Part shown: one piece after another, positions 8,311-18,191 of the stretch | How positions within the stretch are numbered: position 1 is the first letter of the stretch | How the letters are laid out: every line of letters begins with the position of its first letter | Position numbers and translations under genes: made by a program | Notes under the pieces: generated by a model | The model's input: the letters and a program-made list of their open reading frames with translations, nothing else | Databases searched by the model: none | What the model was told of the DNA's origin: nothing | Assembly: GCA_031407985.1 (NCBI GenBank) | Contig: JANOJB010000060.1 | Coordinates: forward strand, 5,713-69,712 | DNA length: 64,000 nt | DNA from: Pseudomonadota bacterium | GTDB taxonomy: Bacteria > Myxococcota_A > Polyangia > Fen-1088 | Direction: 5' to 3'

Positions 8311-9618
8311 ATGAGCTCACCCGACATTCAGATCGAGGTCTTCGGTAAGACCGATGTGGGGCTGATCCGCGAGCACAACGAGGACAATCTCCTCGTTGCC
8401 GATCTCGGCGGCGCGCTGAAAGAATCCGATCTCGACGCGCCCGCGAAACTGAACCTGGGCGATCACGGCGCGCTTTTCCTTGTCTGCGACGGCATGGGTG
8501 GCGCGGCCGCCGGCGAGGTGGCCTCGCAAATGGCCGTGGACGTCATCTTCGATGTGCTGGCGGCGACGGATCCTCTTCCCCGCGAAGGGTTCGCCCGCGC
8601 CCTACGCCATGCTGTCGAAACAGCCAACGATCGCATCTTCCAACAGTCACGCGACAACCAGAACGAACGCGGCATGGGCACCACCTGCACGGCCGCGGCG
8701 CTGATAGACGACACGCTGATCGTCGCCCAGATCGGCGATTCGCGCTGCTACGTCCTGCGCAACGGGCAACTGGGACAGGTCACAAAGGATCAGTCGCTGG
8801 CGTGGCAACTGATCGAAGCGGGGGCGATGACGCCCGAGGACGCCAAAGCGTTCGAACACGCGAACATCATCCTGCAGGCGCTGGGCGTTCAAGATCGCGT
8901 CGACGTGGTCTTGTCCCAGGTTCAGTTGCGCCGCGGGGACATCATGGTCCTTTGTTCGGACGGACTGCACGGTCCCGTGGTGGATCAGGAAATTCAGGAG
9001 GTTCTGATCGGCGAACCTGATCTCAAGAAAGCGGGAGAAGGACTGCTGCAAAAGGCGCTGGAGCGCGACGGCCCCGACAACATCACGGTCGTTCTGGCTC
9101 GGTTCGACGGAACGGGTCTTTCCGATCCAACGCCCGACGACAGTGTCGGATTTCTCGCCTACGATCCCGGTCCCGATCCGGTCTCGGAGTCCGGCACGGC
9201 GTCCGTGTCCGCATCGTCAAGTGGCCGCGTTCGCACATCGGGCGCGACGGTGATCGCCGCGGCGATGGTCGAAACCACGGAAGAAACCGCCACCGCGCCT
9301 AGGTCGAATGGCAAAAGAGGCAAAAACCACGAAGATGGCACGAACGCGAACCGAGCCTTGGAAAGCGTGCCTGCCGGTGTCGAGTCAAAACCCAAGTGGT
9401 CAGATTGGTCCGGCCTGACGCGCCTGGCGGATTGGCTCGAACGATTCGGACGACGCACCTCTTCCGACAAGGAGGTCGGTCTCTACACACCGACCCGCAA
9501 CGGACGATCGGTGATGGCGCTGTTCTTCATCGCGTTACTCACCGTGGCGGCCGGCGGCATTCTGGTGCTCAAATGCGAACGCGACCCGATCGTACGCAGC
9601 GACGGGCAAACACCATGA
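8311..9618 (+). CDS. PP2C-family Ser/Thr protein phosphatase with C-terminal TM helix
   Basis: PP2C motifs are present: REHNEDN, VCDGMGGAAAGEVAS, IGDSRCY, LCSDGL and DNITVV. C-terminal helix MALFFIALLTVAAGGILVL. Confidence 0.9.
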   Translation: MSSPDIQIEVFGKTDVGLIREHNEDNLLVADLGGALKESDLDAPAKLNLGDHGALFLVCDGMGGAAAGEVASQMAVDVIFDVLAATDPLPREGFARALRHAVETANDRIFQQSRDNQNERGMGTTCTAAALIDDTLIVAQIGDSRCYVLRNGQLGQVTKDQSLAWQLIEAGAMTPEDAKAFEHANIILQALGVQDRVDVVLSQVQLRRGDIMVLCSDGLHGPVVDQEIQEVLIGEPDLKKAGEGLLQKALERDGPDNITVVLARFDGTGLSDPTPDDSVGFLAYDPGPDPVSESGTASVSASSSGRVRTSGATVIAAAMVETTEETATAPRSNGKRGKNHEDGTNANRALESVPAGVESKPKWSDWSGLTRLADWLERFGRRTSSDKEVGLYTPTRNGRSVMALFFIALLTVAAGGILVLKCERDPIVRSDGQTP

Positions 9619-9628
9619 GGTCCCGTCG

Positions 9629-10963
9629 ATGATCTGCCCCCATTGTCGATCGGATCTCGAGGATGGTGCTCGCTTCTGCGGGGCCTGCGGAACGCGGATC
9701 GATCCAGAATCCCTGTCCGACTCCGCCCCCACCCTTAGCCTAGATGTCCCCGCCACGTCCGACGAACCGCCCCCCGCAAGCCACATGGGTGGTGCCAGGT
9801 CGGAGAAGGCCGCAGCGACCAGCGCGCGTTCCGCGAATCCCGCGCTGGACGCGACGATGTTGGCGGCTCCCGTGCCGCTGATCGCCGGCGCCCAGGGGGG
9901 GCCCACACGTCCCGCCATCCTCCCGTCATTCCTTCCGCCTACTTCAACCGCACAACCCGCCGGGACGGAACGCACCGAACGAAAATCAGAGAACTCCGGA
10001 TCTCGCGACGACATGGTCGGCCGTACGCTGAACAAGCGCTATGTCGTCGGTGAAAAGGTGGGCGAAGGCGGTTTCGGGGCGGTATTTCGGGGCAAGCAGC
10101 TGGCCACCGGTCGCGAGGTGGCGCTGAAGATTCTTCATCCCTACAACCTTTCCGACAAGACCATCATCGCGCGGTTCAAGCGCGAGGCCGAGGCCTGTTC
10201 GAGGTTGCGCAATCCCCATACGGTCATCACGTACGACTTTGATCAAACCGAGGACGGCGTGTTGTACCTGGCGATGGAGATGTTGCGCGGCAAGAGTTTG
10301 CATCAGCTGCAACGAAGCGAGGGACACCTCCATCCCGACCGCGTGCTGCACATCATCGATCAGGTGGCCGAAGCGCTGGGCGAAGCGCATCAAAACGGAA
10401 TCATCCACCGCGACATGAAGCCCGAGAATATCTTCATCGAACGACGCGGCGACGAGGACTACGTGAAGGTTCTGGACTTCGGCATCGCGAAGATCGCGGG
10501 CGACGATCGCACCCAGGCCGCCCTGACCGCCGTCGGTCAAACGCTGGGGACACTGGAATTCATGTCACCCGAGCAATTGCGCGGACTACCTCTCGATGGG
10601 CGGTCGGACATCTACGCGCTGGGCATCATGGCGTACGAAATGCTGACCGGCGAATTGCCCTTCAAGGACGCGAAGACGCCGGTCCAGATCATCAACTTCC
10701 ACATGCAGAAGCCGGCGCCGGCGCCGTCACGGATGAATCCGAACCTGCAAATTCCCAGCTACGTCGACGAGGTCATTCTGAAGATGGTGGAAAAAGCCCG
10801 CGATGACCGTCATGCGGACACGGCCGCGTTGCAGGCCCACATCGCCAGGGTCCTGAAGGGCGCGGACAAACGCGCTGATCGTTTCGAGGCGTACCGGGTC
10901 GTGGGCGTCGTCGGCGCCGCGGTGCTGATCATCAGCACTCTGGTCTTCTTCCTGAGCCGGTGA
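9629..10963 (+). CDS. Hanks-type Ser/Thr protein kinase with N-terminal zinc ribbon and C-terminal TM helix
   Basis: CPHCRSD..CGACG at the N-terminus. Kinase motifs are present: GEGGFGAV, VALKIL, HRDMKPENI, DFGIAK and MSPEQ. C-terminal helix VVGVVGAAVLIISTLVFFL. Confidence 0.9.
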   Translation: MICPHCRSDLEDGARFCGACGTRIDPESLSDSAPTLSLDVPATSDEPPPASHMGGARSEKAAATSARSANPALDATMLAAPVPLIAGAQGGPTRPAILPSFLPPTSTAQPAGTERTERKSENSGSRDDMVGRTLNKRYVVGEKVGEGGFGAVFRGKQLATGREVALKILHPYNLSDKTIIARFKREAEACSRLRNPHTVITYDFDQTEDGVLYLAMEMLRGKSLHQLQRSEGHLHPDRVLHIIDQVAEALGEAHQNGIIHRDMKPENIFIERRGDEDYVKVLDFGIAKIAGDDRTQAALTAVGQTLGTLEFMSPEQLRGLPLDGRSDIYALGIMAYEMLTGELPFKDAKTPVQIINFHMQKPAPAPSRMNPNLQIPSYVDEVILKMVEKARDDRHADTAALQAHIARVLKGADKRADRFEAYRVVGVVGAAVLIISTLVFFLSR

Positions 10964-10987
10964 ATCCGGTCCGGGGAATGAGGCGAC

Positions 10988-11959
10988 CTAGCGGACGACG
11001 CTGAAGAAGCGTTTGAAGCGAATCGATTTCGCCCAGGCAACGGGCTGGGCGTACCAGGGCGCCTCGTCCACCGAAGCGCGCGACCACCAGACAATCAACG
11101 CCTTGCCCTTGATCAAGTCGTGTTTGACCGTTCCCCAGACGCGCGAATCGGACGAATTGTCCCGGTTGTCTCCCATGACGAAGACGTTGCCGGCGGGCAC
11201 GGTGATGGGACCGAAACTCGCGGGCTGCCGTCCCATTTCCTGGATGTCCTGGTGACGGTTGTCGTCCAGGGTCTCGACCCACAGATCGCATTCCTTCTCG
11301 TCGACATAGCCACGCCCGCCCTCGCTGTACCGGTAGATGCCAACATGTTCACGGGGCATGGGACGGTCGTTGATGAACAACTCGTTTTGTCGCAGTTCCA
11401 GGCGATCCCCCGGTAGACCGACGACCCGCTTGATGTAATCGGTGCTGTGATCCTGCGGGAACTTGAACACGATCACGTCCCCGCGCTTGGGAAACGAGTA
11501 TTCGAAGATCTTCTTGTCCGTGAACGGGATCCCCAGACCATAGGAAAACTTGGCCACGAAGATGTGGTCACCCACCTCCAGGGTCGGAATCATCGAGCCG
11601 GACGGGATCTGAAAGGCCTCGACCACGAACGCCCGCAACAAAAGGGCGATCGCCACGGCGATGCCAATCGACTCGGAATACTCGCGAATCGTCGATTTGC
11701 GCGCGAAGGCCAGCCGGTCCTCCATCACCTCGTCCAACCCCGTCAAGGCGACGCGCTGTCGCTCGACGTCTTCCGTGAGCAGCGACGATTCCAACTCCGC
11801 GACAGCAACCGTGACACCTTCCGCGGCGGACTGGGGGATACGGAAGCTCTTACGCTTCAGGATCCGGCGGGCCTCTTTGATCAGATGCTGCGCCTCCGCT
11901 TTCGTGCGGCGCCGGGCACCACGCACCCGCCACCATTCAAGGAAACCGTTCGCCGTCAT
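10988..11959 (-). CDS. lepB: Signal peptidase I
   Basis: Motifs PSGSMIPTL, GDVIVFKFP, YIKRVVGLPGD and VMGDNRDNSSDSRVWG. There is a long cytoplasmic N-terminal extension before the TM helix. Confidence 0.9.
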   Translation of the reverse strand: MTANGFLEWWRVRGARRRTKAEAQHLIKEARRILKRKSFRIPQSAAEGVTVAVAELESSLLTEDVERQRVALTGLDEVMEDRLAFARKSTIREYSESIGIAVAIALLLRAFVVEAFQIPSGSMIPTLEVGDHIFVAKFSYGLGIPFTDKKIFEYSFPKRGDVIVFKFPQDHSTDYIKRVVGLPGDRLELRQNELFINDRPMPREHVGIYRYSEGGRGYVDEKECDLWVETLDDNRHQDIQEMGRQPASFGPITVPAGNVFVMGDNRDNSSDSRVWGTVKHDLIKGKALIVWWSRASVDEAPWYAQPVAWAKSIRFKRFFSVVR

Positions 11960-11993
11960 CTTTTGATCATCTGATCATCGACCGTCAGCCAGC

Positions 11994-13796
11994 TTAGTCG
12001 ACCTTCAGGATCGCCAGAAAAGCTTCCTGGGGAATCTCGACGTTGCCGACTTGCTTCATACGTTTCTTACCTTCCTTCTGACGCTCCAGCAACTTACGTT
12101 TTCGCGTGATGTCACCCCCGTAACACTTGGCGGTCACGTTCTTGCGCAACGCCTTGACCGTCGTTCGCGCGATAACCTTGGAACCGATCGCCGCCTGGAT
12201 GGCAACCTCGAACTGTTGTGGTGGGATCAGCTCCTTCATCTTCACGCACAGATCGCGGCCCTTGTTGAACGATCCCTCGCGATGGACGATCAGCGACAGG
12301 GAATCCACCCGATCGCCGTTGACCAGCAGGTCCATGCGAACCAGATCGGCCGCCACGTAGTCCTTGGGCTCATAGTCCAGGGACGCGTAGCCCCGCGACA
12401 CCGATTTCAGGCGGTCGTAGAAACCGAACACCATCTCGGTCAGCGGCAGGTCGTATCGAATGATGACCCGTTTTTCGCCGGCGTAGGTCAATCCGGTCTG
12501 TGTGCCCCGTTTGTCCTCGCACAGTTTCAGAATTGCCCCCACGTATTCGGGGGGGGTGTGGATGGTTAGTGCAATGACCGGTTCTTCGATGCGGTCGATT
12601 TCACCGTCCGACGGAAACTTGGCGGGGTTGTCCAGTTCAAAGACCTCCCCGTTGTTTCGCACCACGCGAAACCGAACCGTCGGAGCGGTGGTGATCAGGT
12701 CCAGGTTGTACTCACGCTCCAGACGTTCCTGCACGATCTCCATGTGAAGCAGACCCAGGAACCCGCAACGAAAACCGAAACCCAGGGCCGCCGACGATTC
12801 GGGCTCACGCGAAAACGAGGCGTCGTTCAGACGCAGTTTGTCGAGGGCATCGCGAAAATCCTCGTATTTGGCGGAGTCGACCGGAAAAATTCCGGCGAAC
12901 ACCATCGGTTTGGCCGGCTGAAAGCCCGGCAACGCCTCGACCTGCGGGGGCCCGGCCTCGGTTATCGTGTCGCCCACCCGGGCATCCGCGACATCCTTGA
13001 TCGCCGCCGTCAGGAAACCGACCTCGCCGGGCCCCAACTCCGGGATCTCCCGGGCAAAAGGGGCAAACGCACCGATGGTCTGGATCTCGTATTCACGCGC
13101 CGCCGCCATGAAGCGAATCTTCTGTTTCGGGCGTAGCGTGCCGTCGATCACCCGAACCAGGATCACGACGCCGCGGTAGGCGTCGTACCAACTGTCCAGC
13201 AGCAACACGCGCAAGGTCTTGCCCGCGTCCCCGACCGGAGGCGGCAGTTTCTTCACCACCGCTTCCAGAATCTCGTGGATGCCGACGCCCTCCTTGGCCG
13301 AACACAGGATCGCCTCAGATGCGTCGATACCGACCACCTCCTCGATCTGGCGTCGAACGTTTTCGGGATCGGCCGCAGGCAGATCGATCTTGTTGATCAC
13401 CGGAACGATCGCCAGGTTGTTGTTCACCGCCAGATAGACGTTCGCCAGCGTCTGCGCCTCCACCCCTTGCGACGCGTCCACCACAAGGACAGCGCCTTCA
13501 CACGCCGCCAGAGATCGCGACACCTCGTAGTGAAAATCGACGTGCCCGGGGGTATCGATCAGATTCAGTTCGTAGGTCTCGCCATCCTCGGCGGTGTAGG
13601 ACAGGCGAACGGTCGCCGCCTTGATCGTGATACCGCGCTCGCGCTCCAGATCCATGCTGTCCATGAACTGCGCCTTGCGTTCGCGATCCGTCAGCGCGCC
13701 GGTGGCGTCCAACAGGCGGTCGGCCAAAGTGGACTTGCCGTGATCGATGTGGGCGATGATCGAAAAGTTGCGGATGAATTTCGTGGGTATGGACAT
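11994..13796 (-). CDS. lepA: Elongation factor 4
   Basis: [34 protein letters not shown] and the conserved LepA C-terminus ([23 protein letters not shown]). Confidence 0.97.
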   Translation of the reverse strand: MSIPTKFIRNFSIIAHIDHGKSTLADRLLDATGALTDRERKAQFMDSMDLERERGITIKAATVRLSYTAEDGETYELNLIDTPGHVDFHYEVSRSLAACEGAVLVVDASQGVEAQTLANVYLAVNNNLAIVPVINKIDLPAADPENVRRQIEEVVGIDASEAILCSAKEGVGIHEILEAVVKKLPPPVGDAGKTLRVLLLDSWYDAYRGVVILVRVIDGTLRPKQKIRFMAAAREYEIQTIGAFAPFAREIPELGPGEVGFLTAAIKDVADARVGDTITEAGPPQVEALPGFQPAKPMVFAGIFPVDSAKYEDFRDALDKLRLNDASFSREPESSAALGFGFRCGFLGLLHMEIVQERLEREYNLDLITTAPTVRFRVVRNNGEVFELDNPAKFPSDGEIDRIEEPVIALTIHTPPEYVGAILKLCEDKRGTQTGLTYAGEKRVIIRYDLPLTEMVFGFYDRLKSVSRGYASLDYEPKDYVAADLVRMDLLVNGDRVDSLSLIVHREGSFNKGRDLCVKMKELIPPQQFEVAIQAAIGSKVIARTTVKALRKNVTAKCYGGDITRKRKLLERQKEGKKRMKQVGNVEIPQEAFLAILKVD

Positions 13797-13868
13797 AGGT
13801 GGAAATCGGAGTCGGAAGTCGAAGGATCGGAGTTTCGAAGTGGGAGCCTGCCCACGGGGGGGCGCAGC

Positions 13869-14099
13869 TTAGCGCCGATCCCGTCCGGGCAAGTCGCGAT
13901 TGCTGTCCCGATCGACTTGTCGCTCGACCTCGAACGTCATCTGCCCCGGCAGGTTGCGCTTCTCGCGATCCAACACCAGGTCGATTCCCTGCCGGATGAA
14001 CTCCGCGACGGGAACCTTGGTCTTCTGGTGCAGTTGCTTCAGGAGATCGTTCTGCTCGGGCGTGATGTACACGGTGGTGGAGATCTTCTTACGTCCCAT
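13869..14099 (-). CDS. Ribbon-helix-helix (CopG-like) DNA-binding protein
   Basis: MGRKKISTTVYITPEQNDLLKQLHQKTKVPVAEFIRQGIDLVL fits a strand-helix-helix pattern. ATG at 14099 was chosen over the longer track ORF. Confidence 0.55.
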   Translation of the reverse strand: MGRKKISTTVYITPEQNDLLKQLHQKTKVPVAEFIRQGIDLVLDREKRNLPGQMTFEVERQVDRDSNRDLPGRDRR

Positions 14100-14251
14100 G
14101 TCGATCCGGTGACAATGCATGGCCATACGTGCGGTGTCAAAGGCCACCTGCCTCCGCACCCCGGCGATGGCAGCGACTGGTCCACAGGTATTCGCCAAAC
14201 ATGCCCTCAACTTGCGGTATCCGAACTTTCGGCCTAGTTTAGGACCCCATC

Positions 14252-15049
14252 ATGAGCGACTTGCAAGCTGGGCCCAGGCAGGCGTTTCGTTTCGGGATTC
14301 CCTTCCTCGCAACCGCGCTGGGCCTATCGGCCGTAGCGGGTTGCGGCGGTTCCCAGAACGCACCGCCCCAGACGGCGGCTAACGCGGGGGCCACCAACGT
14401 CGAAGCCCCACCTCCGGTGGATCGCACGCGCTGCAAATCCGATGGCAAGCAGGTCATCGGGTCCGATACGAATCTCGACAAGAAGCCGGACGTTTGGAAG
14501 TACTACGTTCCGAATGGCCAGGGAGCCCAGGTCGCGACCTGTAAGCAGGTCGACCTGAATCACGACGGCAAGGTCGACATCACGTACTACTTCGACAACA
14601 CCGGATCGCAGTCGGCCCTTGAGGAGTTCGACCTGGATTTCGATGGACGCATCGATCAGACCGTCTACTTTTCGAACGGCAAGAAGGTGCGCCTGGAGAT
14701 GGACACCAACTTCGACAACCGGTCCGACGTCTGGAAGTTCTATGAGGACGAAAAGCTGGTTCGCATCGAGCGTGACTCCGACAACAATGCGCGCGCCGAC
14801 CAGTGGGAGTACTACGAGGGCGGCAGGCTGGACCGTATCGGGTACGACTCGTCCGGCTCGGGCCGCGTGGACAAGTGGGACCGCGCGCCCGACGGGCTCG
14901 ATGAAGGTGGAGCTGCAGCAGCGGGCGCAGCGCCAGCCGGTGCCGCACCGGTTCCTGCCGGACTTACGCCTGCCGGCGCACCGGGCCCCATCGCTGCGCC
15001 GGTACCCGCCCCCGCTCCCGCTGCCCCGGCGGCAGCCCCGAAGAAATAG
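14252..15049 (+). CDS. Lipoprotein with about six Asp-rich ~20-aa repeats (EF-hand/dockerin-like DxDxDGxxD)
   Basis: Lipobox LSAVAGC. Repeats include DLNHDGKVDITYYF, DLDFDGRIDQTVYF, DTNFDNRSDVWKFY, DSDNNARADQWEYY and DSSGSGRVDKW. Ala/Pro-rich tail. Confidence 0.75.
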   Translation: MSDLQAGPRQAFRFGIPFLATALGLSAVAGCGGSQNAPPQTAANAGATNVEAPPPVDRTRCKSDGKQVIGSDTNLDKKPDVWKYYVPNGQGAQVATCKQVDLNHDGKVDITYYFDNTGSQSALEEFDLDFDGRIDQTVYFSNGKKVRLEMDTNFDNRSDVWKFYEDEKLVRIERDSDNNARADQWEYYEGGRLDRIGYDSSGSGRVDKWDRAPDGLDEGGAAAAGAAPAGAAPVPAGLTPAGAPGPIAAPVPAPAPAAPAAAPKK

Positions 15050-15154
15050 TCGACCTCCGCGCGTAGGGTCTGTCGAACGCGACGCCACGCGGATGGACGG
15101 GAGGGTCGTTGTCGGCCAGACTGTCTCCCCGAGTTGGCCATAGGAGGCCCCGCC

Positions 15155-16606
15155 ATGGCTCGAGTTCGTTCGCTTTGTATTGCCCCCCTGACACTGGCTG
15201 CGTGTAGCCTTTTCGTGGCTCCGTTCGCGGGGTGCGTGAAGATCGGCGCCGGTGGCCCCATGAATTCCGGAGGTTCCGGCAGCGGCACGGGCGGGCGGAT
15301 CGGTACCGGGGGTACCCCCGGAAGCGGCGGCGCGATCGCCAGCAGCGGCGGCGCAACATCGACGGGTGGCAGCGGCACGGGCGGCACCGTTGGCAGTGGT
15401 GGCGTCGCCAGCACCGGCGGCGCGGGCACCGGGGGCGCCGTCGGAAGCGGCGGTGCCTTGGCATCGGGCGGAACCACCTCCGTGGACGGCGGCACATCCG
15501 ACCGCGTCTGCCAAACCGCTCAGCTGAACTGGGTGCCCAAGATCCCGACCGTTTTCTTGATGGTCGACCGGTCGGGCAGCATGTTCGACTGCATTTCGAC
15601 AACCGGCGCGGTAGAGCCGTCCTGTCCGACACCCGCCGATACGCCCTGGGCGAAGCTGAAGGACGCGGTGCTGATGGTGGTCGCGTCGCTGCAGGCGGAA
15701 GTCCGCTTCGGATTTGCCTCCTTCACCGGAACGAACGTCACCAGCGGGGGAACGTGCCCCATCATCAATCGTGTGGCACCTGCTCTCAACAACTCAGGCG
15801 CGATCGCAACCCTCTACAATTCCCTGCCCTTCCAGCCCAATACCACCGAACAGGGTAAGAAGTTCGAGACGCCTGCCCGTCAGTCCCTGGACATGATCGG
15901 GGCCCAATTGATGGCCGATCCCTCCCCCGGCGACAAGTTCATCCTGTTCGTCACTGATGGACAACCTGATTACTGCGATGACGCGAACTCGCTCTGCGCT
16001 CCCGATTCCGTGATCGGTGGATTGCAAGCGCTAAAGGCAATGGGAATTACGACCATTGTCATGGGCCTGAAGTCCGCCGTTAATGATTTGGCGCCGGGAA
16101 TCCTGGAGGGATTCGCGAACGCGGGCGCTGGGGAGCCGACGCTGGCGCCGCTTCGCGCGGGACTGGACGCATTTGCCTTCTATGACCAATGCAACGGGGT
16201 CGCGGGCTGGCACGCGGATCTGGTCACGTCGGCAAAGGTGCAGGCACGGGGCGTGACGGTGGGGACCTACGCGACAGCGGCCGGACCAACCAAGCCCTAC
16301 GCCCCGGATGCCGCCAACCAGACAATGCTTGTCAACCAATTGTCCCTGGCGTTGTCGGGCGTCAAAAGCTGCATTTTCGATCTGGGCAACGTCGATGGAA
16401 AAGCCATCAAGGTCGACCTGGCCCAACTAACGAACGCGCACGTTCTGGTCATGGGCACGGAGGTTGCCCGCAACGACACCAACGGCTGGCGCATGAATTC
16501 GGTCACGCAGCTTGAGTTGGTGGGAAGCGCTTGCACCGCTTGGCGGATGCCGAACGTCACCGTGATCGACTTTCAGTTCCCCTGCGGAACCATCATCTTC
16601 GAGTAA
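15155..16606 (+). CDS. vWA-domain lipoprotein with Gly/Ser/Thr-rich linker
   Basis: AGGAGG lies 7 nt upstream of ATG 15155. Lipobox VAPFAGC. A ~75-aa (S/T)GG-rich linker follows. MIDAS motif in VFLMVDRSGSM, and FVTDGQPD. Confidence 0.8.
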   Translation: MARVRSLCIAPLTLAACSLFVAPFAGCVKIGAGGPMNSGGSGSGTGGRIGTGGTPGSGGAIASSGGATSTGGSGTGGTVGSGGVASTGGAGTGGAVGSGGALASGGTTSVDGGTSDRVCQTAQLNWVPKIPTVFLMVDRSGSMFDCISTTGAVEPSCPTPADTPWAKLKDAVLMVVASLQAEVRFGFASFTGTNVTSGGTCPIINRVAPALNNSGAIATLYNSLPFQPNTTEQGKKFETPARQSLDMIGAQLMADPSPGDKFILFVTDGQPDYCDDANSLCAPDSVIGGLQALKAMGITTIVMGLKSAVNDLAPGILEGFANAGAGEPTLAPLRAGLDAFAFYDQCNGVAGWHADLVTSAKVQARGVTVGTYATAAGPTKPYAPDAANQTMLVNQLSLALSGVKSCIFDLGNVDGKAIKVDLAQLTNAHVLVMGTEVARNDTNGWRMNSVTQLELVGSACTAWRMPNVTVIDFQFPCGTIIFE

Positions 16607-16612
16607 TCCTTC

Positions 16613-18121
16613 ATGAGACAACAATCCCTGTTCTGCATCCCGGGGCTGGTCGCGCTGGCGGTTGCCCTGCTGGGCTGTCCGTCGGTGAAGTACACGAATC
16701 TGGCGCCGGTCGAAGCAGGTGTCGATGGGGTCGTGGCCGGTTCCGGTGGACGCACCGGTTCGGGGGGCATCATCGGAACCACGGGCACGGGCGGCGCGCT
16801 GGTAGGTACCGACGGCGGCGCGACCGACGGCGCATGCGCCACGAAGTCGGCGGCCGCCGAGCCGCTTCCGCTGGACTTGTACCTGATGATGGATACATCC
16901 CGTTCCATGTTGAACAGAATCGGCAGTGGTGCGACCACCGATCCCACAAAATGGGAGGCGGTGAAGGGCGCCATGACGGCATTCTTCAACGATTCACGTT
17001 CCGCGGGATTGGGCATCGGAATCGGATATTTCCCCGCCGTTCAGGCCAGCCTGCCTGGTACCTGCACCGCCGACAGCGCGTGCGCGACGTTCGGCCCCTG
17101 TGACCGACGCAGCACCTGCGTCCGGACAGGCAACAACACGACAACCGTGGTTCCTCTGTGCCTTACGGCGGGCACCTGTCAGGCCGACGAGACCTGTGCC
17201 TTGATCCAGGATTGCGGGGCACCCAACTACTGCGCCTCCGCGGGAACGGCTTGTCCGGCCAACTGCGCGCCCATGGCCGGGTACTGCCACGCCCGGGATA
17301 TCTGCGACCCAGCGGTCTATGCCACCCCCGCAGTGGCCATTGCCGCGCTTCCTGGCGCGGCGGCGAATCTGGTGGGGTCCCTCAACCTTCCAACGCGTAT
17401 GCCGGATGGCTATACCCCGACGGCCCCCGCATTGACGGGAGCCATTCAGTACGCCCGGCAGCAGGCGCTGGCCACACCGGATCACAAGCTGGCGGTCGTG
17501 TTGGTTACGGACGGCCTACCAGGTGGGTTCACCGATCTGTACGACACCGGTGTTCTCAAACGGGGATTTCCGCGCACCGAATGCGATCCCTTGGATATCC
17601 CAGGCATTGCCGCCATTGCCGCGGCGGGGGCCGCGGGCGCGGCGGGAGCGCCCGCGATCCCGACCTTCGTGATTGGTGTCTTCTCGCCCCTGGAGGAACC
17701 AGTCGTGCGGGGCCAATTGGATCAACTGGCGCGGGGTGGCGGTACGGGAGCGGCCGTCCTGATCAACACCACGCAAAATGTCACGCAGTTGCTGCAGACA
17801 GAACTCGACAAGATCCGCAGCAAGGCGATCGCCTGCGAGTACAAGATCCCGCCCCCCGCCGCGGGAACGGGTCTCGACCTCGGCAAGGTGAACGTCAACT
17901 TCGTCGGCGGAGGCGGCACGTCCGCAACGATTCCATACGTGCCGGGTGGAAAAGCGGCCTGCGACGCGCGTGGCGGTTGGTACTACGACGTGGATCCCAA
18001 GGCGGACGTCGGGCGGCCCACGTCGATCATCGCGTGTGAGTCCAGTTGCACCATGTTCCAGGCCGATCTGGCCGGGCGCGTGGATATCGTGCTCGGCTGC
18101 CTGACGATCGTAATCGGGTAA
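16613..18121 (+). CDS. vWA-domain lipoprotein (paralog-like of the preceding gene)
   Basis: Lipobox VALLGC and a short Gly-rich linker. MIDAS motif in LYLMMDTSRSM, and LVTDGLPGG. Cys-rich C-terminal domain. Confidence 0.8.
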   Translation: MRQQSLFCIPGLVALAVALLGCPSVKYTNLAPVEAGVDGVVAGSGGRTGSGGIIGTTGTGGALVGTDGGATDGACATKSAAAEPLPLDLYLMMDTSRSMLNRIGSGATTDPTKWEAVKGAMTAFFNDSRSAGLGIGIGYFPAVQASLPGTCTADSACATFGPCDRRSTCVRTGNNTTTVVPLCLTAGTCQADETCALIQDCGAPNYCASAGTACPANCAPMAGYCHARDICDPAVYATPAVAIAALPGAAANLVGSLNLPTRMPDGYTPTAPALTGAIQYARQQALATPDHKLAVVLVTDGLPGGFTDLYDTGVLKRGFPRTECDPLDIPGIAAIAAAGAAGAAGAPAIPTFVIGVFSPLEEPVVRGQLDQLARGGGTGAAVLINTTQNVTQLLQTELDKIRSKAIACEYKIPPPAAGTGLDLGKVNVNFVGGGGTSATIPYVPGGKAACDARGGWYYDVDPKADVGRPTSIIACESSCTMFQADLAGRVDIVLGCLTIVIG

Positions 18122-18191
18122 CGGGACCGCCATGCCGTACACGCCCGCCGTATCGGGGCGTCGGCCTCGGCCTCGGATGTTCCCGACCGCG

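Noticed and set aside
15250-15480. Repetitive GGC/GGT/AGC-rich DNA that could look like a repeat array
   Set aside because: It is in-frame coding sequence for the (S/T)GG-rich linker of the vWA lipoprotein. The repeats are irregular and there is no repeat-spacer structure, so it is not a CRISPR array or a satellite.
14324-15514. 396-aa minus-strand ORF, and 14812..15495 and 14964..15632
   Set aside because: They are antisense to two lipoprotein genes that have lipoboxes, an AGGAGG RBS and MIDAS motifs. The translation is Arg/Gly/Ala low complexity.
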